A stretch of DNA of 64,000 bases. Source: an uncultured Gammaproteobacteria bacterium. GTDB lineage: Bacteria; Patescibacteriota; Microgenomatia; UBA8517. Location: the NCBI GenBank assembly GCA_964431555.1, contig CAYSJW010000009.1:10413-74412 (forward strand), given 5' to 3'. Positions 45,588 through 54,235 of the stretch are shown in pieces (the stretch's first letter is position 1; the number at the start of each line of letters is the position of its first letter). Below the pieces are notes generated by a model. It was not told the origin of the DNA. It made no database searches and saw nothing but the letters and a program-made list of their open reading frames with translations. The position numbers were made by a program, and so were the translations under genes.

Positions 45588-48113
45588 CTACCAAAAAATA
45601 CGGGCTTTCAAATCCCCGCTTGGTAAGGCATTATATCTAAAATCTTTATTCTCAGTCAAGCAATCTTTATTATCAGTTTTAAAATCAACCCCATCAGGCA
45701 AATTCAAAAAAAGATCAACGGGATAATTTTTTACTCCAGATTGTTTACTTAAAAATAATCTATATTCACCTTTCTTTTCAAAATCGATTAATAATCTATT
45801 CTCCCAAATAAAAGATATTTTCCTTAATTCGTTAGGCTTTAACTCTAAATATACACCCGCTTCTTTTGTTTTTTTACCTGCAATAATATCAGGAATTAAA
45901 TACTTTTCTTCATCAACAGATTCTACTTTTACTGAAGAAAAACTTGTTTCATTACCGGCAAAAAATCTCAAGTAAACTTTATAATCTTTCTTTCCTGTAT
46001 TCTTAACATAAAAATCAAATCTACCTTTTAACACTTTCTCCTGAAAATAAATGCTCACTTTAGCCATTCTTGAAACAGAAGACGAAACTTCCCCCTCAGA
46101 TGTTTCTATCAAAGAAAAATAATCCAAGAAGCAATTTGCAATACAATCCTCCTTTAATATTTTTTTTTCTAAATCAGTTTTTAAATGATTGTTTCCTAAT
46201 CCTTGATCACTAAAGTAAATTTGGATATCCTTTTGATTAAATCCTTCATATATTTTTTTGATTATTTTTAAACCCTTATCATTTATCAAAATACCCTTAT
46301 TTACTTTATCCATTTCATTAACTAACTCATTTATAAAATTTTGATTTATAAATAATGTTCCATCAATCTTTGTCTTAAACTCCTTATTTATAAAATTAGA
46401 AACATCTAAGGCAGAATATGATATATCAGGATTCCAGTTAAACTTATCAAGGTTGGTATAACTATCTTTAAAATATTTTTTTACAACCACTGGTTTTTCA
46501 AAACTACCTAAAATTTTATTATTTAATTCATATTTGTCTTCAATTAAGAGACTGGCAATAGAAAAATTATGGAGAATAAGAAAAACAAACTTTTCTATTA
46601 CTCCCCCAGTGGGTCTCAAATACGAGTTATCTTGCAAAACTATTAAATACTTTCTTTCTCCTTCATAACCAAGCAATAAAGTTAAATTTTTTAATATATC
46701 TCCAAATTTATAACTTAAATTTTTTAATTTATTTGTTTCCGAATTGTCAAAAATAACAAATTTTCTTAAAATTTCATTATCTTTATCACTTAGGTATTCC
46801 GCTTCTAAGAAACTAATGTCTTCATATAAATCATTCATATCTATACTTATTGAATTTATATCAGAAAAATTCAATCTTTCTTTATTATTAAAAGATTTAA
46901 CAATTAAAATTAATTTTTCTAAAATACTTAAATATTCTCTATACGCTTCTGATTGAAGTTCTAAAACTAATGTGGGTTTTGTAAAAATATTATAATAATT
47001 ATCTAATAAATATATCTGTTTTAAACCATTTGAAATTTTATTAGAACATTTAGAAAAAAATAGTGACATATTTGTTGAGTATTTAGATAAATAAAAAAAA
47101 TCATTTTCATAAAAAAAATTAGATAAGTGTAAAAACGATAGCGATAATAAACATGATCCTACGGGAAATAAAAATAAAAATATAATAATACCTAAAATTA
47201 ATTTACTGGTTTTATCTAATAAAGTTTCTTTTATTTTATTAAAATAATCTTTAACCTTTGTTACAAACCCATCTTTGTATTTTTTTCTTTTTTCTTTATC
47301 TTTAAGTAATTCTTTATATACTCTATTTAATATTATTTTTGGTCTCTTTTTAATTATGATTTCCTCATCATATTTAAAAATGTTAGTATTTCTATTCTTA
47401 ATATTTAACGATTTTATATCAACACCGATAATTTCCACTAATCTATTCAACTTTATTTTTTTACCTATAATAAATACTGCTTTTCCAAAATAACTTATCG
47501 AAAATAATATTTTTATAATTAATGTAACCAAATCTTCATCCAATAAAGGATAAAAAAACTCATTACACCTTAAATTAATGTTTTTGTTTAGAACTATATT
47601 TTTTAAAACTTCATATAAATCACTTATATAAAAATCCTCGTATTTTGGTGTTATTAAATCACTGTAAAATATTACTGCACCAAATGATTTTAATTCTTGA
47701 AATTTCTTATAAATATAATCCTCATCAATACTTTTTAAATTAAAATTATTTAGTCCATTTATCAAAAATGTGGATTTTGTCTTAAAAATTTTATTTATAT
47801 ATTTATATAAATTGATGTTTTTGTTTAAACTTTTTATAAATTTATTTTTGTTCTCATACTCTTTATCTTTAAATTTATTAAAATAAATTAAATAATTTAT
47901 ATTTGTTTTATTTCTGATTAATTCCTTTATATTTTTTATAATATTAACATCATTGTTAGAATAACTATTCATTAAATCTTTTTTATCATTTTTGGTAATT
48001 AAATAAACCTTTAAGTTATAATTCAAAAGGTTCTTAATTAATAATTTGTTAATACTACTAATATCTGAAAATATTAAAATACTATTTTTCTCAGTAATTT
48101 TACTTTGTAACAT
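45588..48113 (-). CDS. Large Asn/Lys/Ile-rich membrane protein (841 aa); C-terminal part DUF4012-like (RPTGG motif), N-terminal degenerate Rossmann-like region
   Basis: Central TM (LILGIIIFLFLFPVGSCLLSLSFL). C-terminal …LQDNSYLRPTGGVIEKFVFL…. N-terminal ILIFSDISSINKLLIKNL…VYLITKND. Encoded in the most AT-rich tract of the window. Confidence 0.4.
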   Translation of the reverse strand: MLQSKITEKNSILIFSDISSINKLLIKNLLNYNLKVYLITKNDKKDLMNSYSNNDVNIIKNIKELIRNKTNINYLIYFNKFKDKEYENKNKFIKSLNKNINLYKYINKIFKTKSTFLINGLNNFNLKSIDEDYIYKKFQELKSFGAVIFYSDLITPKYEDFYISDLYEVLKNIVLNKNINLRCNEFFYPLLDEDLVTLIIKILFSISYFGKAVFIIGKKIKLNRLVEIIGVDIKSLNIKNRNTNIFKYDEEIIIKKRPKIILNRVYKELLKDKEKRKKYKDGFVTKVKDYFNKIKETLLDKTSKLILGIIIFLFLFPVGSCLLSLSFLHLSNFFYENDFFYLSKYSTNMSLFFSKCSNKISNGLKQIYLLDNYYNIFTKPTLVLELQSEAYREYLSILEKLILIVKSFNNKERLNFSDINSISIDMNDLYEDISFLEAEYLSDKDNEILRKFVIFDNSETNKLKNLSYKFGDILKNLTLLLGYEGERKYLIVLQDNSYLRPTGGVIEKFVFLILHNFSIASLLIEDKYELNNKILGSFEKPVVVKKYFKDSYTNLDKFNWNPDISYSALDVSNFINKEFKTKIDGTLFINQNFINELVNEMDKVNKGILINDKGLKIIKKIYEGFNQKDIQIYFSDQGLGNNHLKTDLEKKILKEDCIANCFLDYFSLIETSEGEVSSSVSRMAKVSIYFQEKVLKGRFDFYVKNTGKKDYKVYLRFFAGNETSFSSVKVESVDEEKYLIPDIIAGKKTKEAGVYLELKPNELRKISFIWENRLLIDFEKKGEYRLFLSKQSGVKNYPVDLFLNLPDGVDFKTDNKDCLTENKDFRYNALPSGDLKARIFW

Positions 48114-48195
48114 TATTGATTATTAACTAAAAGGTTTATTTAAATGAAGTGATATTTTTAAAAATTTTTAATAAAAAATATTTTCTAACGTGAAA

Positions 48196-48627
48196 CTATT
48201 TTGAATTTTCATCTAAAATTTTATTTACTAAATAATCAGCTATTCTATTTTTTTCTCTAGATATTAAATAAAAGTTAATAGGTATCTTTAAATTCTTAAT
48301 AACACTTTTGACCTCATTATATAAAGGAAAAAGTTTTTTACTTTTAATTCGGTACTTGCCCGTTATTTGGCTAAAAACTAGTTCAGAATCAATAAAAAAA
48401 TTAATAGAAAAGTTATTAGTAAAATAATTCATATTTGATTTTATCCAATTCAACGCATTTATTACACCATAATACTCTGACTCATTGTTGGTCTTAATTC
48501 CTAGATACTGGGAATTTTTAAAAATAACCTTGCCGTCTTTTATTACTACAAAAGCACAACTAGAAAAACCGGGGTTTCCTCTCGATCCTCCGTCCGAATA
48601 TATTTTAAAAACATTTTTATCCATCAA
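48196..48627 (-). CDS. rnhA: Ribonuclease HI
   Basis: KIYSDGGSRGNPGFSSCAFVV…NNESEYYGVINAL…ADYLVN (DEDD RNase H fold). Confidence 0.7.
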   Translation of the reverse strand: MMDKNVFKIYSDGGSRGNPGFSSCAFVVIKDGKVIFKNSQYLGIKTNNESEYYGVINALNWIKSNMNYFTNNFSINFFIDSELVFSQITGKYRIKSKKLFPLYNEVKSVIKNLKIPINFYLISREKNRIADYLVNKILDENSK

Positions 48628-49106
48628 GATTTTGAAGAAATTATAAGACAGCGTTCTTTACCCTCCCCTCGGGACTCTGTCTTTATACGAGGGTTTTCAG
48701 AAAGATAAAGATGTATGATTCTTCTTTGAGATGATGAAAGATTATACAAGTACTGTGGTTTACCTGTTTCTTCTGCGCGTTTTGCAGTAACTTCAGCCAA
48801 ACTTTCAAGTCTCCTTTTTTCCTGATTCCTCCAACCAGAAACGTCTATAATAACTCTTCTCCATTTTTTAAATTTATTATTTAAAATAACACCAATAATC
48901 AATTGAAGAGAATTAAGTACTTTACCTCTGTTTCCAATCAATAAACCTGCATCTCTTTCCACATTAATATTAATTATTAAATCATCGCTAGCCTCGTCAA
49001 TTTCAGTAACTATTTCCGGCTTTACATCAAGAAAATTCAATAAATCTCCAACTATTTGTGTAGCTAGTTCTTTTTCCTTATCTGCGTTTTCTTTATCAGA
49101 ACTCAT
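48624..49106 (-). CDS. jag: Jag/KhpB RNA-binding protein (KH + R3H domains)
   Basis: KH GxxG (LLIGNRGKVLNSLQ). R3H C-terminus (LSSSQRRIIHLYLSENPRIKTESRGEGKERCLII). 4-nt overlap with rnhA. In the yidC-jag arrangement. Confidence 0.75.
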   Translation of the reverse strand: MSSDKENADKEKELATQIVGDLLNFLDVKPEIVTEIDEASDDLIININVERDAGLLIGNRGKVLNSLQLIIGVILNNKFKKWRRVIIDVSGWRNQEKRRLESLAEVTAKRAEETGKPQYLYNLSSSQRRIIHLYLSENPRIKTESRGEGKERCLIISSKS

Positions 49107-49921
49107 AATTTTTTACTATGAAAATTTATCTTTTCAAGATATGGTGTTAGTTCACCCCATCCTTGGTTTTTTACCTGTTGATAAACTTGAGTCAAAGAAA
49201 AAACCAACCAATAAATTGCTAATCCTGATGCGAATTTCATCCCAATCAAAAGAGTAAATAAGGGAAAAGTGTAAATCATTGATTTTTGCATTGCTATCTG
49301 AAAATCATCAGTCTTTTCTAAAGTCTTATTTGCAATTTTTTCTTCTAATTTTGTGTATGGAGAACTTATTTTAGCCGATAAAAATTGTACCAAAGCTGTG
49401 AAAATCAAAACAGGTCCAGGAATAGAAAATGGAATAAATGGAAAGTTAAATACATCTGGTTTAGTTACATCCAAATACAAAAATTTTGTATTCAAAACAC
49501 TATCAGTCGAAAATTTTAATGGTTCATAAAGTAATTGGTTAAACTGCAATATTGCATCTCCGTTTGGAGAAAGTACTTTCATAAACACATTAAAAAATGC
49601 TATTAAAACAATTATTTGTAAAATATATGGTAAACAACCAGCACCGGGATTAACTCCCTTTTCTTTATAAAAATCTGCCTGTGCTTGTGCAAGTTTAACT
49701 TTGTCATCTTTATATTTTTTTTTAAGTTTTTCTAATTGAGGAGCTACTTCTTTCAATTTCTTCATTGATTCCAAATAAGGTTTTGTTAACGGACTTAAAA
49801 TTAATCGCAGAAAGAGACTAAATGCTATTATTGCTAATCCCATATTTCCCCACAAGACTTTATAAAAGAAGACTAGTCCATTTGCCAAAGGTTTGATTAG
49901 TAATAATGAAAAAATGTCCAT
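49103..49921 (-). CDS. yidC: Membrane protein insertase YidC (short Gram-positive-type)
   Basis: YidC/Oxa1 core with 5 TM, …GCLPYILQIIVLIAFFNV…, conserved position next to yidD/rnpA. Confidence 0.8.
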   Translation of the reverse strand: MDIFSLLLIKPLANGLVFFYKVLWGNMGLAIIAFSLFLRLILSPLTKPYLESMKKLKEVAPQLEKLKKKYKDDKVKLAQAQADFYKEKGVNPGAGCLPYILQIIVLIAFFNVFMKVLSPNGDAILQFNQLLYEPLKFSTDSVLNTKFLYLDVTKPDVFNFPFIPFSIPGPVLIFTALVQFLSAKISSPYTKLEEKIANKTLEKTDDFQIAMQKSMIYTFPLFTLLIGMKFASGLAIYWLVFSLTQVYQQVKNQGWGELTPYLEKINFHSKKL

Positions 49922-49933
49922 AAATTATTATTT

Positions 49934-50143
49934 TTAAATTTTATAATTTAAATAGGAATTACAACCTAAAATTCTTTTAACACTTAGCAAAACTCCCCTT
50001 AAAACTCCATATTTGTTAATTACTTCTTCCGAATATTCACTACATGTTGGTCTAAAACGACAATTACTTGGCAAATAAAGATTTAGATAAGGCTTTAATA
50101 CTTTCCTATAAAACCATATTAAGAATAAAATTATTCTTTTCAT
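49934..50143 (-). CDS. yidD: Membrane protein insertion efficiency factor YidD
   Basis: YRKVLKPYLNLYLPSNCRFRPTCSEYSEEVINKYGVLRGVLLSVKRILGCNSY. Confidence 0.85.
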   Translation of the reverse strand: MKRIILFLIWFYRKVLKPYLNLYLPSNCRFRPTCSEYSEEVINKYGVLRGVLLSVKRILGCNSYLNYKI

Positions 50144-50150
50144 ATTTTGT

Positions 50151-50498
50151 TCATTTATAATTGTTTTTAAAGTTTATAAAAAATTCCTGAACTTCCTTCA
50201 TAATTTCATCAGTGGATTTGCTTACAATACTCTTCTTAGCTAAAAGAACGAAATCCAAACCAACCGGAATTATACCAATATTCCTTCTAACAGATTCACT
50301 CATGGCTCTTTTAACCCTGTTTCTGTTTATAGCAAGTCTTGATATCTTTTTAGAAACTACAAAAGCAAATTTTGGAATATCTAAATCCTCCCTTTTTCTA
50401 AAAAAAACTCCAAAGTTTTCCGACTGAACCTTTCTACCATTCTTCAAAATATCCTCAATCTTCTTTTGTCCTTTCAAAGAATATATTTGTGCAAGCAT
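50151..50498 (-). CDS. rnpA: RNase P protein component
   Basis: FAFVVSKKISRLAINRNRVKRAMSESVR (RnpA RNR motif). Adjacent to rpmH. Confidence 0.8.
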   Translation of the reverse strand: MLAQIYSLKGQKKIEDILKNGRKVQSENFGVFFRKREDLDIPKFAFVVSKKISRLAINRNRVKRAMSESVRRNIGIIPVGLDFVLLAKKSIVSKSTDEIMKEVQEFFINFKNNYK

Positions 50499-50501
50499 GG
50501 T

Positions 50502-50636
50502 TTAAACCAGTCTCTTTCTTTTTCTTAATATCCTTCTTTTAATAACCTTCTTTCTCCTTTTATCTTTAGATCTTGACCTAAAACCATGAACTCTTGCTCT
50601 CTTGATTCGACTTGGTTTGTAAGTCCTTTTTGGCAT
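50502..50636 (-). CDS. rpmH: Ribosomal protein bL34 (44 aa; below ORF-track length cut-off)
   Basis: Minus-strand translation from the ATG at 50636: MPKRTYKPSRIKRARVHGFRSRSKDKRRKKVIKRRILRKRKRLV*, stop at 50502-50504. rnpA starts 4 nt downstream. Confidence 0.85.
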   Translation of the reverse strand: MPKRTYKPSRIKRARVHGFRSRSKDKRRKKVIKRRILRKRKRLV

Positions 50637-50750
50637 AAGCTTTTAAATCAACTTACTTATAATACAGAAGAATTTTAAAATTTTCCATACCTTGAAAATA
50701 TCAAAATAACATACATCCTTTTAAATTACCAATTTTGGGGATTGACTTAA

Positions 50751-50759
50751 TGTGGATAA
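50751..50759 (-). promoter_or_regulatory. Perfect DnaA box (TTATCCACA, minus-strand orientation) in the rpmH-dnaA intergenic region / dnaA promoter
   Basis: TGTGGATAA at 50751-50759, ~60 nt upstream of the likely dnaA start (50822). Confidence 0.5.
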
Positions 50760-50821
50760 CTTTTTTATTATGCATTTGCCCTTCAAACAGTTTACTGCCC
50801 TTCAATATTATTGTTGATAGT

Positions 50822-52192
50822 ATGAACGAACTAAATACAAAAAAAATTTGGCATGATGTATTAGAAACAATTAAAATTAATGTTTCACCCGCAAATTTTA
50901 CAACATGGTTTAAACAAACCCACCTAATAAGTTTAAAAAATCAGGATGGAAGGTATATAGCAGAAATTGGTTGTTCTTCTCCTTTTACTAAAAATACAAT
51001 CGAAACCAGATATTTTGGCTTGATTCAAGATAACCTAACAAAATCACTAAACTCCAGTTGTGATCTTATCTTCACAGTAAAATCTAGCTCTGAATATGAA
51101 GGTGATAAAGAAAAAAAACCTACCCCTCTTTTTGAAAACTATCCAGATAAGGAAAATCTTTTTGATAGTTTAATAAGAGCGGGTATAAGAATCGGTTTTA
51201 CTTTTGAAAATTTTGCCGTTTCTTCATCCAACCAAATGGCTTGGGCAGCGGCAGAAGCTGTTACAAAAAATATTGGAAAAGCATATAATCCCTTGTTTAT
51301 TTGGGGAGGGGTCGGAGTCGGAAAAACTCATCTTATGAGCGCCGTGGGACACAGGGCACTGGAACAAGATCCTAATACACCAGTTTTATTTTGCACAGGC
51401 GAACAATTTACAAATGATATTGTTGAGGGTATTAGAAATAAAAACACCCCTGCAGTAAGAAATAAATACAGGAAACTTAAAATTCTTCTTATTGACGATA
51501 TTCAATTTATTGCGGGAAAAGACGCTGTACAAGAAGAATTTTTCCACACCTTTAATGCACTTGTTTTCGCTGGCGCCCAAATAATACTAACTTCAGATAA
51601 ACCTCCATCTGATATTCCAAAACTTGAAGAGAGGTTAAGAAGTCGTTTTGAAGCTGGTTTAATTGTAGATATTGCACCACCTGATTTTGAGCTTAGATGC
51701 GCCATAACCCAGATAAAAGCGCAGGAAAAAAATATACCTTTAGAAATGGATCTTATACATCTAATTGCTGGTAATTTAGAATCTGCAAGAAAAATAGAAG
51801 GATTTTTAACAAAACTCTTGTCTGAAACTACAACCAAAAAAATCAGCCCCACTAAAGAAATTGTCGAAAATCTTTTGGGTAAAAAAGGAGAAAACGATAT
51901 TAAACTTTTAAAAGCAACTCCTAATGATATTCTTTCAGCGGTTTCCAAATACTATTCGCTGGGGAAAAGGTCTCTTTTAGGTAATATAAGAGCAAGATCT
52001 ATTGCGCGACCAAGACAAATTTTAATGTATCTATTAAGAAAGGAGTTGTCTTTACCTTACAAAGAAATTGGAAGATTAATTGGAGGGCGTGACCATACAA
52101 CTGTAATGCACGCTGTGGAAAAAATAACAAATTTAGTTTCAACCTCTATGCAAGTAAGGGAGGATTTAAGGGGGATAAAAAATATGATATGA
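50822..52192 (+). CDS. dnaA: Chromosomal replication initiator DnaA
   Basis: ORF-track ORF begins at 50735. The DnaA N-terminus aligns from MNELNTKKIWHDVLETIK… (ATG 50822). AAA+ Walker A GGVGVGKTHL, Walker B LLIDDIQF, sensor motifs. C-terminal DNA-binding domain (…RDHTTVMHA). Confidence 0.9.
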   Translation: MNELNTKKIWHDVLETIKINVSPANFTTWFKQTHLISLKNQDGRYIAEIGCSSPFTKNTIETRYFGLIQDNLTKSLNSSCDLIFTVKSSSEYEGDKEKKPTPLFENYPDKENLFDSLIRAGIRIGFTFENFAVSSSNQMAWAAAEAVTKNIGKAYNPLFIWGGVGVGKTHLMSAVGHRALEQDPNTPVLFCTGEQFTNDIVEGIRNKNTPAVRNKYRKLKILLIDDIQFIAGKDAVQEEFFHTFNALVFAGAQIILTSDKPPSDIPKLEERLRSRFEAGLIVDIAPPDFELRCAITQIKAQEKNIPLEMDLIHLIAGNLESARKIEGFLTKLLSETTTKKISPTKEIVENLLGKKGENDIKLLKATPNDILSAVSKYYSLGKRSLLGNIRARSIARPRQILMYLLRKELSLPYKEIGRLIGGRDHTTVMHAVEKITNLVSTSMQVREDLRGIKNMI

Positions 52193-52392
52193 GGATAAAA
52201 TTTATAAATTTTTACACTTATCCACAAAAATACTTTTTTCATCCACACATTTTTCTACATTTTAACAAGGCTAATAATCACATTAAGTTTTATCTTCAAT
52301 TAATTTCAGATTTACACATATCTACATTTTCTACTACTAGAACTACTAATTAAAATATGATAAAAATGCACATAACAAATACTTAATCACAT
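52193..52392. other. Candidate oriC: dnaA-dnaN intergenic region with DnaA boxes and an AT-rich unwinding tract
   Basis: Perfect TTATCCACA at 52218-52226. One-mismatch TCATCCACA at 52239-52247. Weaker TGCACATAA-type box. 52250-52390 is strongly AT-rich. Canonical rpmH-rnpA / dnaA-dnaN synteny. Confidence 0.55.
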
Positions 52393-53502
52393 ATGAAAGT
52401 CCAAGTATTACAGGAAAATTTTCTAAAAGCACTTAATATCTGTTCAAGATTTGTTAGTTCAAGAGTACAACTTCCCGTACTTGCCAATATACTTTTAAAA
52501 ACAAATAAAAACAAACTTTCTCTCTCTGCAACAAACTTGGAAAACTCTGTGGTTATAAGCATTGGGGCTAAGGTTATTAAAGAGGGTGAAATAACTATTC
52601 CTTCAAGGATAATTACCGAAACAATTTCCAATTTAGATGTAGGTACAATTGATCTCGAAGTAGAAAAAGAGATATTAAAAATTAAGACAAATAACTTTGA
52701 ATCTAATATTTCAGGTCTTAATTCTTCGGATTTTCCCAGTATTCCATCTGAAATTGGAATAAATAATTTTGAAGTAGAAAGTGACGGTTTTTTGGATGCA
52801 TTAAATTCTGTTTTATTTTCTGTCTCTTCTGATGAGACAAGACCTGTTTTAACTGGGGTCTTATTAATAATAGGAAAAGAACATATAACTTTAGTTGCAA
52901 CAGATGGTTTTCGTTTATCTCAAAAAAAGATAAAAAATAAGGGTATTAAAGAAGAAATTAAATTTATTTTGCCTAAAAGTATTTTATCTGAGCTTGTTAG
53001 GGTAAGTACTTCTGAGAAAATTGTCGTCTCCTACAAAAAAAATGAGAACCAAATTATTTTTGGTCTAGATGATATAATTTTAAGTTCAAGAATAATAGAA
53101 GGGGAATTTCCAGATTTTGAAAGGATAATTCCTAAAAATACAAAATTTAAAGTAAATTTGGATAGGGAGGATTTTTTAAGGTCCGTTAAATTAGCTGGAG
53201 TTTTTGCTAGAGACTCAGCAAATGTTGTTAAATTGAGAATTTTAAAAGATATTGTTCAAGTGTTGGCTGAAAGTAGTCAATCAGGAAGTCAGAAGAGAGA
53301 ATTGGAAGCTAAAATAGAGAAAGACAATTCAGATACTTTTACTATTGCGTTTAATTACAGATTTTTAGAGGACTTTTTAAGTGTGATAAAAGGTGAGGTT
53401 GTGAGAATGGAATTTTCAGATCCCAATGCTCCATCTTTATTTTTAGACGAGAAAGACAGTGATTTTTTACACATAATTATGCCGGTAAGACTTCAGGTAT
53501 AA
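52393..53502 (+). CDS. dnaN: DNA polymerase III beta sliding clamp
   Basis: Three-domain beta-clamp (MKVQVLQENFLKALNICSRFVSS…, …LHIIMPVRLQV). Conserved position after dnaA. Confidence 0.9.
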   Translation: MKVQVLQENFLKALNICSRFVSSRVQLPVLANILLKTNKNKLSLSATNLENSVVISIGAKVIKEGEITIPSRIITETISNLDVGTIDLEVEKEILKIKTNNFESNISGLNSSDFPSIPSEIGINNFEVESDGFLDALNSVLFSVSSDETRPVLTGVLLIIGKEHITLVATDGFRLSQKKIKNKGIKEEIKFILPKSILSELVRVSTSEKIVVSYKKNENQIIFGLDDIILSSRIIEGEFPDFERIIPKNTKFKVNLDREDFLRSVKLAGVFARDSANVVKLRILKDIVQVLAESSQSGSQKRELEAKIEKDNSDTFTIAFNYRFLEDFLSVIKGEVVRMEFSDPNAPSLFLDEKDSDFLHIIMPVRLQV

Positions 53503-53504
53503 AC

Positions 53505-54230
53505 TTAAATAACAAAATATTTAATATTTTTTGTATCTACTCCAATAGCCTCTAGATCGTTCAAAGCTTTATTTAAAATATTTTGTTTTTCTTCTGATGA
53601 AATATTTTGATTATTCAATTTGATTCTAAACGCATTTTGTTCGAAACTATAAACTATAGAATATTCTTCTTTGACGATTGGTAATTTTTTATTCCAGGGA
53701 TACTCTTTATCTGTCTTTTTCTGGGCTTCTCCTACAGTAATGGCGTCTTCAACTAATTGTTTAGTTTGTTGATTGAGTTGGTTAATAGAGAGAGGATTTG
53801 TATAGAAAGAAAAATTATATATAGTTTCTTTGTTATAAAAAACACTTATTGTGTATTTTGTTGAAGTTTTATAAGAAGTTAAATTTTTTATTTTAAGTAG
53901 GGTATTTTTTTCCCATACTTTTTCAAAATCTATTGTGGGATTGAATATTATTTCAATGGAATTTTTTTCGTTATCATTTAAATTTCTGTTAAAAGTAATT
54001 TCTATAATTTGATCATCAAGTACGTATTTTTGATTATTTGAGGGCAAGGTTTTAATTACCTTAATGGTTTGATCGATTATAGTAGGTGTAATATTAATTC
54101 CTTTTTTTGATTCTTCTTTATAGGGTCTTTGTTTTAGGGAGATAAATAAATAAATACCAATAATAAACATAAAAATCCATAAAATTATAAAAAATCTCTT
54201 TCTTTTTAAAATTGATTCAAATATATTCAT
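53505..54230 (-). CDS. Hypothetical membrane-anchored protein (241 aa), last gene of the minus-strand T4SS-like operon; possible VirB8-like bitopic component
   Basis: N-terminal TM (FFIILWIFMFIIGIYLFISL) plus a ~200-aa extracytoplasmic domain. AT-rich like host DNA. VirB8-like assignment is by topology and position only. Confidence 0.35.
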   Translation of the reverse strand: MNIFESILKRKRFFIILWIFMFIIGIYLFISLKQRPYKEESKKGINITPTIIDQTIKVIKTLPSNNQKYVLDDQIIEITFNRNLNDNEKNSIEIIFNPTIDFEKVWEKNTLLKIKNLTSYKTSTKYTISVFYNKETIYNFSFYTNPLSINQLNQQTKQLVEDAITVGEAQKKTDKEYPWNKKLPIVKEEYSIVYSFEQNAFRIKLNNQNISSEEKQNILNKALNDLEAIGVDTKNIKYFVI

Positions 54231-54235
54231 GTATT

